NCBI GenBank assembly: GCA_964057225.1
Contig: OZ059897.1
Location: forward strand, 14,942,001-15,006,000
DNA from: Auanema rhodensis
Taxonomy: Eukaryota > Animalia > Nematoda
Length of the DNA: 64,000 nt
Direction: 5' to 3'
In this document: piece by piece, positions 12,301-24,575 of the stretch
How positions within the stretch are numbered: position 1 is the stretch's first letter
Layout: each line of letters opens with the position of its first letter
Notes under the pieces: model-generated
What the model was told of the DNA's origin: nothing
What the model saw: the letters and a program-made list of their open reading frames with translations, nothing else
Database searches by the model: none
Position numbers and translations under genes: made by a program

Positions 12301-15300
12301 AAGCAGCATGTGGAGTGATGCAAGAAGGTCGAAGAAGTGAAGTCCAGTTGAAACTCTTTCAGTTTCCTTGATGATTAACAGATTAAAACCACTCAGATGA
12401 GCAGATTACAAAAGCTTTCCGTTGCCGGCTAGCTCGCGGTCATCAACTTCCGAAGAAGTTCTTCACGCTCGCAACCTGCTCATTACCCTTTCACCGCGGT
12501 CAACATGTGTCGAAGTTTAAAAGGGAATGTGAAATACAAACTACAGAAATGATTCTGTGTAGTATGATTTCAAAGATTCACTGTTATCTCTGAAGAGAAC
12601 TAACTGGATCGCCGTATTTGGTATGGGATGTATACGCTGCCATAGAGCCTGATGTAGCCTGACAGAGCCGTAAGCAGCATGGGGAGTGATGCAAGAAGGT
12701 CGAAGAAGTGAAGTCCAGTTGAAACTCTTTCAGTTTCCTTGATGATTAACAGATTAAAACCACTCAGATGAGCAGATTACAAAAGCTTTCCGTTGCCGGC
12801 TAGCTCGCGGTCATCAACTTCCGAAGAAGTTCTTCACGCTCGCAACCTGCTCATTACCCTTTCACCGCGGTCAACATGTGTCGAAGTTTAAAAGGGAATG
12901 TGAAATACAAACTACAGAAATGATTCTGTGTAGTATGATTTCAAAGATTCACTGTTATCTCTGAAGAGAAGTAACTGGATCGCCGTATTTGGTATGGGAT
13001 GTATACGGTGTCATACAGCCTGATGTAGCCTAACAGAGCCGTAAGCAGCATGTGGAGTGATGCAAGAAGGTCGAAGAAGTGAAGTCCAGTTGAAACTCTT
13101 TCAGTTTCCTTGATGATTAACAGATTAAAACCACTCAGATGAGCAGATTACAAAAGCTTTCCGTTGCCGGCTAGCTCGCGGTCATCAACTTCCGAAGAAG
13201 TTCTTCACGCTCGCAACCTGCTCATTACCCTTTCACCGCGGTCAACATGTGTCGAAGTTTAAAAGGGAATGTGAAATACAAACTACAGAAATGATTCTGT
13301 GTAGTATGATTTCAAAGATTCACTGTTATCTCTGAAGAGAAGTAACTGGATCGCCGTATTTGGTATGGGATGTACACGGTGTCATACAGCCTGATGTAGC
13401 CTAACAGAGCCGTAAGCAGCATGTGGAGTGATGCAAGAAGGTCGAAGAAGTGAAGTCCAGTTGAAACTCTTTCAGTTTCCTTGATGATTAACAGATTAAA
13501 ACCACTCAGATGAGCAGATTACAAAAGCTTTCCGTTGCCGGCTAGCTCGCGGTCATCAACTTCCGAAGAAGTTCTTCACGCTCGCAACCTGCTCATTACC
13601 CTTTCACCGCGGTCAACATGTGTCGAAGTTTAAAAGGGAATGTGAAATACAAACTACAGAAATGATTCTGTGTAGTATGATTTCAAAGATTCACTGTTAT
13701 CTCTGAAGAGAACTAACTGGATCGCCGTATTTGGTATGGGATGTATACGGTGTCATACAGCCTGATGTAGCCTAACAGAGCCGTAAGCAGCATGTGGAGT
13801 GATGCAAGAAGGTCGAAGAAGTGAAGTCCATTTGAAACTCTTTCAGTTTCCTTGATGATTAACAGATTAAAACCACTCAGATGAGCAGATTACAAAAGCT
13901 TTCCGTTGCCGGCTAGCTCGCGGTCATCAACTTCCGAAGAAGTTCTTCACGCTCGCAACCTGCTCATTACCCTTTCACCGCGGTCAACATGTGTCGAAGT
14001 TTAAAAGGGAATGTGAAATACAAACTACAGAAATGATTCTGTGTAGTATGATTTCAAAGATTCACTGTTATCTCTGAAGAGAACTAACTGGATCGCCGTA
14101 TTTGGTATGGGATGTATACGGTGTCATACAGCCTGATGTAGCCTAACAGAGCCGTAAGCAGCATGTGGAGTGATGCAAGAAGGTCGAAGAAGTGAAGTCC
14201 ATTTGAAACTCTTTCAGTTTCCTTGATGATTAACAGATTAAAACCACTCAGATGAGCAGATTACAAAAGCTTTCCGTTGCCGGCTAGCTCGCGGTCATCA
14301 ACTTCCGAAGAAGTTCTTCACGCTCGCAACCTGCTCATTACCCTTTCACCGCGGTCAACATGTGTCGAAGTTTAAAAGGGAATGTGAAATACAAACTACA
14401 GAAATGATTCTGTGTAGTATGATTTCAAAGATTCACTGTTATCTCTGAAGAGAACTAACTGGATCGCCGTATTTGGTATGGGATGTATACGGTGTCATAC
14501 AGCCTGATGTAGCCTAACAGAGCCGTAAGCAGCATGTGGAGTGATGCAAGAAGGTCGAAGAAGTGAAGTCCAGTTGAAACTCTTTCAGTTTCCTTGATGA
14601 TTAACAGATTAAAACCACTCAGATGAGCAGATTACAAAAGCTTTCCGTTGCCGGCTAGCTCGCGGTCATCAACTTCCGAAGAAGTTCTTCACGCTCGCAA
14701 CCTGCTCATTACCCTTTCACCGCGGTCAACATGTGTCGAAGTTTAAAAGGGAATGTGAAATACAAACTACAGAAATGATTCTGTGTAGTATGATTTCAAA
14801 GATTCACTGTTATCTCTGAAGAGAACTAACTGGATCGCCGTATTTGGTATGGGATGTATACGCTGCCATAGAGCCTGATGTAGCCTGACAGAGCCGTAAG
14901 CAGCATGGGGAGTGATGCAAGAAGGTCGAAGAAGTGAAGTCCAGTTGAAACTCTTTCAGTTTCCTTGATGATTAACAGATTAAAACCACTCAGATGAGCA
15001 GATTACAAAAGCTTTCCGTTGCCGGCTAGCTCGCGGTCATCAACTTCCGAAGAAGTTCTTCACGCTCGCAACCTGCTCATTACCCTTTCACCGCGGTCAA
15101 CATGTGTCGAAGTTTAAAAGGGAATGTGAAATACAAACTACAGAAATGATTCTGTGTAGTATGATTTCAAAGATTCACTGTTATCTCTGAAGAGAACTAA
15201 CTGGATCGCCGTATTTGGTATGGGATGTATACGCTGCCATAGAGCCTGATGTAGCCTGACAGAGCCGTAAGCAGCATGGGGAGTGATGCAAGAAGGTCGA

Positions 15301-18300
15301 AGAAGTGAAGTCCAGTTGAAACTCTTTCAGTTTCCTTGATGATTAACAGATTAAAACCACTCAGATGAGCAGATTACAAAAGCTTTCCGTTGCCGGCTAG
15401 CTCGCGGTCATCAACTTCCGAAGAAGTTCTTCACGCTCGCAACCTGCTCATTACCCTTTCACCGCGGTCAACATGTGTCGAAGTTTAAAAGGGAATGTGA
15501 AATACAAACTACAGAAATGATTCTGTGTAGTATGATTTCAAAGATTCACTGTTATCTCTGAAGAGAACTAACTGGATCGCCGTATTTGGTATGGGATGTA
15601 TACGCTGCCATAGAGCCTGATGTAGCCTGACAGAGCCGTAAGCAGCATGGGGAGTGATGCAAGAAGGTCGAAGAAGTGAAGTCCAGTTGAAACTCTTTCA
15701 GTTTCCTTAATGATTAACAGATTAAAACCACTCAGATGAGCAGATTACAAAAGCTTTCCGTTGCCGGCTAGCTCGCGGTCATCAACTTCCGAAGAAGTTC
15801 TTCACGCTCGCAACCTGCTCATTACCCTTTCACCGCGGTCAACATGTGTCGAAGTTTAAAAGGGAATGTGAAATACAAACTACAGAAATGATTCTGTGTA
15901 GTATGATTTCAAAGATTCACTGTTATCTCTGAAGAGAACTAACTGGATCGCCGTATTTGGTATGGGATGTATACGCTGCCATAGAGCCTGATGTAGCCTG
16001 ACAGAGCCGTAAGCAGCATGGGGAGTGATGCAAGAAGGTCGAAGAAGTGAAGTCCAGTTGAAACTCTTTCAGTTTCCTTAATGATTAACAGATTAAAACC
16101 ACTCAGATGAGCAGATTACAAAAGCTTTCCGTTGCCGGCTAGCTCGCGGTCATCAACTTCCGAAGAAGTTCTTCTCGCTCGCAACCTGCTCATTACCCTT
16201 TCACCGCGGTCAACATGTGTCGAAGTTTAAAAGGGAATGTGAATTACAAACTACAGAAATGATTCTGTGTAGTATGATTTCAAAGATTCACTGTTATCTC
16301 TGAACTAAAGGAATTGGCTCGCCGTATTTGGTATGGGATGTACACGGTGTCATACAGCCTGATGTAGCCTAACAGAGCCGTAAGCAGCATGTGGAGTGAT
16401 GCAAGAAGGTCGAAGAAGTGAAGTCCAGTTGAAACTCTTTCAGTTTCCTTGATGATTAACAGATTAAAACCACTCAGATGAGCAGATTACAAAAGCTTTC
16501 CGTTGCCGGCTAGCTCGCGGTCATCAACTTCCGAAGAAGTTCTTCACGCTCGCAACCTGCTCATTACCCTTTCACCGCGGTCAACATGTGTCGAAGTTTA
16601 AAAGGGAATGTGAAATACAAACTACAGAAATGATTCTGTGTAGTATGATTTCAAAGATTCACTGTTATCTCTGAAGAGAACTAACTGGATCGCCGTATTT
16701 GGTATGGGATGTATACGGTGTCATACAGCCTGATGTAGCCTAACAGAGCCGTAAGCAGCATGTGGAGTGATGCAAGAAGGTCGAAGAAGTGAAGTCCATT
16801 TGAAACTCTTTCAGTTTCCTTGATGATTAACAGATTAAAACCACTCAGATGAGCAGATTACAAAAGCTTTCCGTTGCCGGCTAGCTCGCGGTCATCAACT
16901 TCCGAAGAAGTTCTTCACGCTCGCAACCTGCTCATTACCCTTTCACCGCGGTCAACATGTGTCGAAGTTTAAAAGGGAATGTGAAATACAAACTACAGAA
17001 ATGATTCTGTGTAGTATGATTTCAAAGATTCACTGTTATCTCTGAAGAGAACTAACTGGATCGCCGTATTTGGTATGGGATGTATACGGTGTCATACAGC
17101 CTGATGTAGCCTAACAGAGCCGTAAGCAGCATGTGGAGTGATGCAAGAAGGTCGAAGAAGTGAAGTCCAGTTGAAACTCTTTCAGTTTCCTTGATGATTA
17201 ACAGATTAAAACCACTCAGATGAGCAGATTACAAAAGCTTTCCGTTGCCGGCTAGCTCGCGGTCTTCAACTTCCGAAGAAGTTCTTCACGCTCGCAACCT
17301 GCTCATTACCCTTTCACCGCGGTCAACATGTGTCGAAGTTTAAAAGGGAATGTGAAATACAAACTACAGAAATGATTCTGTGTAGTATGATTTCAAAGAT
17401 TCACTGTTATCTCTGAAGAGAACTAACTGGATCGCCGTATTTGGTATGGGATGTATACGCTGCCATAGAGCCTGATGTAGCCTGACAGAGCCGTAAGCAG
17501 CATGGGGAGTGATGCAAGAAGGTCGAAGAAGTGAAGTCCAGTTGAAACTCTTTCAGTTTCCTTGATGATTAACAGATTAAAACCACTCAGATGAGCAGAT
17601 TACAAAAGCTTTCCGTTGCCGGCTAGCTCGCGGTCATCAACTTCCGAAGAAGTTCTTCACGCTCGCAACCTGCTCATTACCCTTTCACCGCGGTCAACAT
17701 GTGTCGAAGTTTAAAAGGGAATGTGAAATACAAACTACAGAAATGATTCTGTGTAGTATGATTTCAAAGATTCACTGTTATCTCTGAAGAGAAGTAACTG
17801 GATCGCCGTATTTGGTATGGGATGTACACGGTGTCATACAGCCTGATGTAGCCTAACAGAGCCGTAAGCAGCATGTGGAGTGATGCAAGAAGGTCGAAGA
17901 AGTGAAGTCCAGTTGAAACTCTTTCAGTTTCCTTGATGATTAACAGATTAAAACCACTCAGATGAGCAGATTACAAAAGCTTTCCGTTGCCGGCTAGCTC
18001 GCGGTCATCAACTTCCGAAGAAGTTCTTCACGCTCGCAACCTGCTCATTACCCTTTCACCGCGGTCAACATGTGTCGAAGTTTAAAAGGGAATGTGAAAT
18101 ACAAACTACAGAAATGATTCTGTGTAGTATGATTTCAAAGATTCACTGTTATCTCTGAAGAGAACTAACTGGATCGCCGTATTTGGTATGGGATGTATAC
18201 GGTGTCATACAGCCTGATGTAGCCTAACAGAGCCGTAAGCAGCATGTGGAGTGATGCAAGAAGGTCGAAGAAGTGAAGTCCAGTTGAAACTCTTTCAGTT

Positions 18301-18901
18301 TCCTTGATGATTAACAGATTAAAACCACTCAGATGAGCAGATTACAAAAGCTTTCCGTTGCCGGCTAGCTCGCGGTCATCAACTTCCGAAGAAGTTCTTC
18401 ACGCTCGCAACCTGCTCATTACCCTTTCACCGCGGTCAACATGTGTCGAAGTTTAAAAGGGAATGTGAAATACAAACTACAGAAATGATTCTGTGTAGTA
18501 TGATTTCAAAGATTCACTGTTATCTCTGAACTAAAGGAATTGGCTCGCCGTATTTGGTATGGGATGTACACGGTGTCATACAGCCTGATGTAGCCTAACA
18601 GAGCCGTAAGCAGCATGTGGAGTGATGCAAGAAGGTCGAAGAAGTGAAGTCCAGTTGAAACTCTTTCAGTTTCCTTGATGATTAACAGATTAAAACCACT
18701 CAGATGAGCAGATTACAAAAGCTTTCCGTTGCCGGCTAGCTCGCGGTCATCAACTTCCGAAGAAGTTCTTCACGCTCGCAACCTGCTCATTACCCTTTCA
18801 CCGCGGTCAACATGTGTCGAAGTTTAAAAGGGAATGTGAAATACAAACTACAGAAATGATTCTGTGTAGTATGATTTCAAAGATTCACTGTTATCTCTGA
18901 A
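6341..18901. repeat. Tandem satellite array, 371-bp monomer, ~34 copies
   Basis: GATGTAG at 6344, 6715, 7086, 7457 ... 18587; 18587-6344 = 12243 = 33 x 371 exactly. The last copy is truncated at ~18901 and followed by a degenerate continuation to ~18941. Confidence 0.99.
6632..6739 (-). pseudogene. Degenerate 5S rRNA-like segment (representative copy; one per 371-bp monomer)
   Basis: Minus strand reads GCTTACGGC at +1, TCCAGTTAGTTCT at +68, GAGA at +86 and GAATC at +97. The recalled C. elegans 5S has GCTTACGAC at +1, TCCAGTTAGTACT at +67, GAGA at +87 and GAATC at +99. Box A, box C and the 3' strand of helix I are not retained. Confidence 0.5.
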
Positions 18902-20092
18902 TGGTATCAGATGATTCTCCGTATGTCGTGTGGGTTTGTATTTATTCAAAGAAAACTAGACACCGGGAATCCCTTGCTGTGTGACGAAACGATAAGAAGG
19001 TTTAAATATGAAATATTTAAACTTTTGAAAAATGAATATTTTCCGAATTAAATTAAAATTAAAGAATTTTTATTAATTTGATTTCCAACTGTAGGAACAA
19101 AAAAATGAGAAAAGAAAAAAGTCAATCAATATTTGAAAAATCTGATTATAATAATTATGAGATCATCTTCTCATTTAAAGGCTTTTTCATTTTTTCATTT
19201 TTTAATATAAAAAATATTTATTTTTAATTTTTTGACGTTTTCATCTGTAATGGAAAAATATTTATTGTTTGAATACGTAGAAGTAATAGTTTAACTATTA
19301 AATAAAAACGTTGGTAACTTACTTTTCAAATATCTTTTGTTCAAAAAAATCGTAAAAAGACATTTAAATGAAATACCGATGTGTCCTAAACTTCAATAGT
19401 GAACGACCAGTGAAAATATATAACTCCGATCATAATATTTTCATCTGATTGTTATAATATAATTTTAATAATTTATTTGTTTTTGTTGATTATAAAATCA
19501 ATATATTCAATAAATAAATTTATTTTATATACTAAATATAAATTAACTATATATTTCAATTTTATTTATAACAAAACAGCTTTTTCACGTTTTCTTTTTT
19601 AAAAAAGTTCTGTTTTAATTTCCATAAAATGTATCATTTAATTGAAGTTTTTAAGAAATATCACAATGGGTTGGTCATTCTCCGGCACGAAGATCAGATT
19701 GTTATCCTTCGAGGCTTCAATGCTTTGTTGTATCATAGTCCCAAAGATGAAACATCCAATGGTTTCATACAGTCGCTTTCCGTTTCCTTGGAAAGCTTTA
19801 GTCTATATTCAATAGATGTACTTTCTTTGTATTGAGATTAAAATATTTTCATTATAACATTTAGAACAATAGATATTTATTATATTTTATCATTTAAGTT
19901 GAAACATATCTTGATATATCTTATATTAAAAAACTTTTAATTATATTATATAATCTAGCTATTACAGCTAGTTTTTTACTAAACTAAACTCTCATTATTC
20001 GCCATTCATAAACAGTTATCTATAATCTTCAAAGATTCATCTAGATATCTAATATAAAAGGCAATTGTTACATTAATTATTTCAGAAAAACA

Positions 20093-21580
20093 ATGGCTTT
20101 TTCGTCAAATTTAAAAACTTTCGAATCATTTACAGTACCATGTCTTGTACTTTACTGCATATTATACAGTATATATCGTTTTCCACCAACTAATTTTGTA
20201 CATCGTAAGTTTATATTATTCTTTATATATTCTAATTTATTATTATTATTATTAAGCTCTTTCATTTGATATTTCTCCAAAATTAAATGAAATACGGACA
20301 TGGGATACAACACCTTATAATCGTTCCGAAGTTCTTCCTGCATTCATCAATTTTTACGAGAATTATCGTGTAGGTCAAATGTTTCTTAAGAAACTTAAAT
20401 GATTTATGACTACAACGAATCATGAAACTTAAGAAATGTATCCAATTGCTTAAAATCACAATCTTCGTTTTTAACCTTTTTGAGACAGTAGATTAAATTG
20501 CGAAATCTGGAAAAAAAAGTCTTGTATGTTATAGATTGCGCCAGAATATAACTTAGCCACCTGTCAAATACAAAAAAGTTTATCTACACTTCGTGCTGGA
20601 ATCTTCTGTCTTTTATACGATAAAGAAGGTTTTATGAAACAAAATAAAAGTATAAGTGAACAAGATTGGTATACTATGTAATATTATTCATAATTCTTTT
20701 CATTAAAAAACTTGTTAAGGTCTTGTGGAAATAAAAATGAATATTTCTCAATCGATGCTGTTAAACAACAGCTCAAACCTTCTTTCGGAAATTTTGCTGT
20801 AATTCGTGATCCAGTTGAGAGATTTATTAGTGGATTTGTTGACAAATGCGTGAAGTAAGTTAATGATCATATAGCATAGAACATGCTTTATGACGCATTA
20901 CTAAAAGAAAATTTCAGTGAAGCTGATCGTGGATTCTGTTATGATTGCGATAAAGATCTCCATTGCTTCACAGTTCGACAATATCGTCGCTTTGTTGCTT
21001 ATGTTAATGGACAGTTGAAAGAGAAAGATGTTGGATTTGAAGATATTCATTTCGCTCCTCAAACATGGTATGTTACCGCAGTCCTAAAGACTCGATAAAA
21101 GCTGATGGTTATCGTGTATGTCCATGAAAGGGAAACATATAGCTGTTTCACTCCACACTTCGAACATAAGAATATCACATTCTTCTAAATAATTGATCTT
21201 CTATTGTTTAGGTATTGTCGTTTCAATGAATACTTCTCATCATATCGCTTTATCCGTTATGAAAGTGGTGATCGAATTACTAAAATGTCTGATAGTCTTC
21301 AAAAAGTTCTTAAAGACAATGGAATAGAACCAAATTTATTAAAACTAATCGAAACTGAAATATTAAGTAAGTATAATCTATAAATAATATATGAATCATA
21401 GTATAAATATTACAAATTTCTCAATTAAGAAGGAAGAACATATCATACTACTCATGGATCATCAATCAGAAAAAAGTACGAAGAAGAATTATATAATTCA
21501 CCAGATCTATTGGATTTGATCTCCAGAATGTTTTACTTTGATTTTATAATGTTTGATTATCCCTTCCCAAAACACCATAA
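20093..21580 (+). CDS. Sulfotransferase family protein (Sulfotransfer_2 / nematode carbohydrate-sulfotransferase-like), 7 exons
   Basis: TATAAAA and TTTCAG upstream of ATG 20093. Spliced translation gives an N-terminal hydrophobic anchor and the motifs IAPEYNLATCQIQKSLST, FAVIRDPVERFISGFVDKC, DIHFAPQTWYC and MFYFDFIMFDYPFP; TAA at 21578-21580. Confidence 0.85.
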
Positions 21581-22535
21581 CTCCAAGTTATAATAATATA
21601 TAATATTATTAAAATTTGTATGTAAAGCGGGTATATATTAGTTGAATAAACTTTAAAATATTATAACTTATAATACCTTAAATGTAAATAAATATATTTT
21701 AATAATTATATAAATTATATAATAAAAATCATTTTGAACCAAGTGAAAGTTTTTTCAAGTTAATAGACAAGAATTGCAATTATGTCAGATTTTTCACGTT
21801 TGTCCGTGCTTCATTACACTACTATAACCTTGTATAAAACCACCTATTTCGCTATAAAAAAAAGTTTTATGGTTTTTGTTTTCAAGATGAAACACAAAAA
21901 AAAGTTAATTTTAAACATTTAAATTATAAAATTATTATATTATATATTTTAGGTAATTAAAATTTAAAGATTTCAATGAATAGGTCAATATAATAAATTA
22001 TAATAATAAGAGCAAGTTTAGTTATTAATGATTAACTAAAATTTATTTTTAATTTCTGATTCATCATTGTTTATTACATTCAATTTCTTGTCCTTTCTCA
22101 TCAGTTTCGTTTATAATGAACAATTAACTATTTCATTTTCATGAAGCGGCTTTTTTGTGTTTAAAAGCATTGATAATAACCTTGTGTCGACACAATAAGG
22201 TGTCATTTATAGGAAGTAAAGAGAAAAGAATACAAAAAGTGTAAATTGGCATTGTCATTTTCTCGTTTATATATTGATATTCTTCTTCTTTTTCATTCAT
22301 TTCTTTATAAAAACGCCCATGTCAACTGAAAAAATTGTCTTTTCTTAATATTTCTGTTCAGATTATTCATCCTTCAATAATTTTGAATAGAGACTTGCAA
22401 TATCTATATATTATCAAATCAGCATATCAAACATATTTTTATATATTTTCTTCATAACTAACACGTTTTTTTTCTTCAAGTTTGAGATATATTCTCTTCG
22501 AAATTCGAATTTATACTTAAGATCTTTTTCAGAAA

Positions 22536-23059
22536 ATGAAAACTTTAATTCTTTTATCTTTACCACTACTCGCTTTGTGCATCTCATTACCTCAAATTCG
22601 ACGACTTCAAAGTGCTGCTGTCAAGGGGAAGCTTCTATGCAATGGTAAACCTTACGAAAAGGCTAGATTAAAATTCTATGAAGTTGATCCAGGTAACATC
22701 TAGTAAATCATTAGAAGTATAAGATTTATTCAATTTTTCAGTAAAAGATACTTTAATGGCTGAAGGATTGTCCGATGCTCATGGAACTTTCCAACTTAAA
22801 GGAAATGACACCGAATGGACTAACATTGATCCCAAAATCAACATCTATCATAACTGTGAAGATGAAGATAAAGTATAATTATAATATTTCAAGAAAAGAA
22901 CAAATTTAATTTTTCTTTTAGGAATGCTGGCGTAAAGTAGAAATTCACGTCCCTGATGATTTTGTATTTGAAGGAGCTGAGCCAGAAAAAGTTTTCGACA
23001 TTGGAATTCTGAATCTCAACGCTAAACTTCCAGGAGAATCTCGTGATTGTTTGAATTAA
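22536..23059 (+). CDS. Transthyretin-like (TTR-52 family) secreted protein, 3 exons
   Basis: Signal peptide MKTLILLSLPLLALC, then QSAAVKGKLLCNGKP...IDPKINIYHNCED...CWRK...FDIGILNL...ESRDCLN*. TTTCAG 3 nt before the ATG. Confidence 0.93.
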
Positions 23060-23265
23060 AAATATTTATCAAATAAGAAATGTATAATAAAATTATTTTT
23101 TAAAAGAAAATTTGTAATTTAAATATAAAATAAAAAAAACAAATATATATAATAAAAATATTTATATAATAACAATAATAATACATTTCTATGAAATATT
23201 TTTTATCTATTTCTTTCTGATGATGCAAAGAAAAAAAAACATAAATTTGGGAAACAAAAAAAGGC

Positions 23266-23305
23266 TGATGATGATGATGATGATGATGATAATGATGATA
23301 ATGAT
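23266..23305. repeat. (TGA/TAA)n microsatellite
   Basis: Run of tgatgatga... with two taa interruptions. Confidence 0.9.
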
Positions 23306-24575
23306 TGTTATAACCAACAAAGTGCACATTTTATAAAGTCACAGGGTCAAATTGCACTGTAAAATGGATTTTTTTCCTTTTAATTTATTTCTATTACTGT
23401 CTAAAATCACATTTTGTATATAGAAAAAACATAAGGAAATTGGATGAACTGGCAGACAGTTCATTTCCTAATCACATATTACAGATTAAAATAAATAAAT
23501 AAATATTATATCATCAATAATAATATAATATTAATGATAATAAATCATAAAAGGATCTATTTGAATTAAAATAAATACGAAAAAATACGAAATTATGCCT
23601 TACATCTTAGATTGATAATAAATTAGTATATGAACAACTAAAACGAACATAGATCAACTCGTCGAGATGTAAATTTAGGACAAAATTCTTTTTTTTTTAA
23701 ATAAAAGAAAATTATTATAATAATTTCCTTTTTTTTGGCATAAACTATGTTATAGAACAAATCTATTCTGATTTAAAGATAATTGACTCGTAAATGCGTC
23801 GTAGGATAAAGGGTAGTAGCATTGGGAGCAAGACGATAGAATTAATAAAAAGGAATGCATATATACGTCAAGTGCAGGACTTTTTTTTTCTTTTTTTGAG
23901 ACTAAAATAGCTATAAATGCCAAAAGGTCCCAACAAACATTTCCCAATTAAAAGCTTGATAGAGAGAGAGAGAGAGCATTGCCAGAATAAAGAAAATAGA
24001 TATAGATAGGAGGAATTGGATAAAGAGAAAGGAAAAAAAACCGTTATCTGTTTATGAGACGTTTAAGGTTTGATAGAAGAATGGGAGCGAAAGAAAAGAT
24101 GTTGGATTTAACTAATTGGAAGAGATGAACGGCTAAAGAAATATGAAATCTAAATACAATTCGGCCATTTTAATTTTAACATCACGAAAGGTCAGACAGT
24201 AATTTTACTGGAAATAGAGAAGAAAATCCATACACGCAATGTTTCAAGCAGACCTTTGAAGGAGCTATGTTCGAGCTAGTTACAAGAATGATAGACAAGA
24301 TTAAATTTTGACTGAAAAATTGGACTACGACGATTGAGTTTATGGAATTTTGTAGAGAATTTGAATTCTGTTTTGGTGAACGAAGCACGTACAGGCAGGA
24401 GACGTCATGATGGGAATTGGTATAGCTCGCCTGCGAGACCTAATAGGGGAAATATAACCAGCTTATCTGTCGATGTTACTGATCGAACATGGCTCAATAG
24501 CAGTAAATCTAAAAAAAAAAGATTTTAGTTATTCTGATAATCTTAAAAAGAAAAATTTCGATTAAACATACCGTA

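Noticed and set aside
1-18901. CRISPR array or coding repeat
   Set aside because: No unique spacers, eukaryotic context, and no ORF of 60 aa or more in the track.
23100-23327. His-rich ORF
   Set aside because: Produced by the (TGA)n microsatellite in 3' intergenic DNA.
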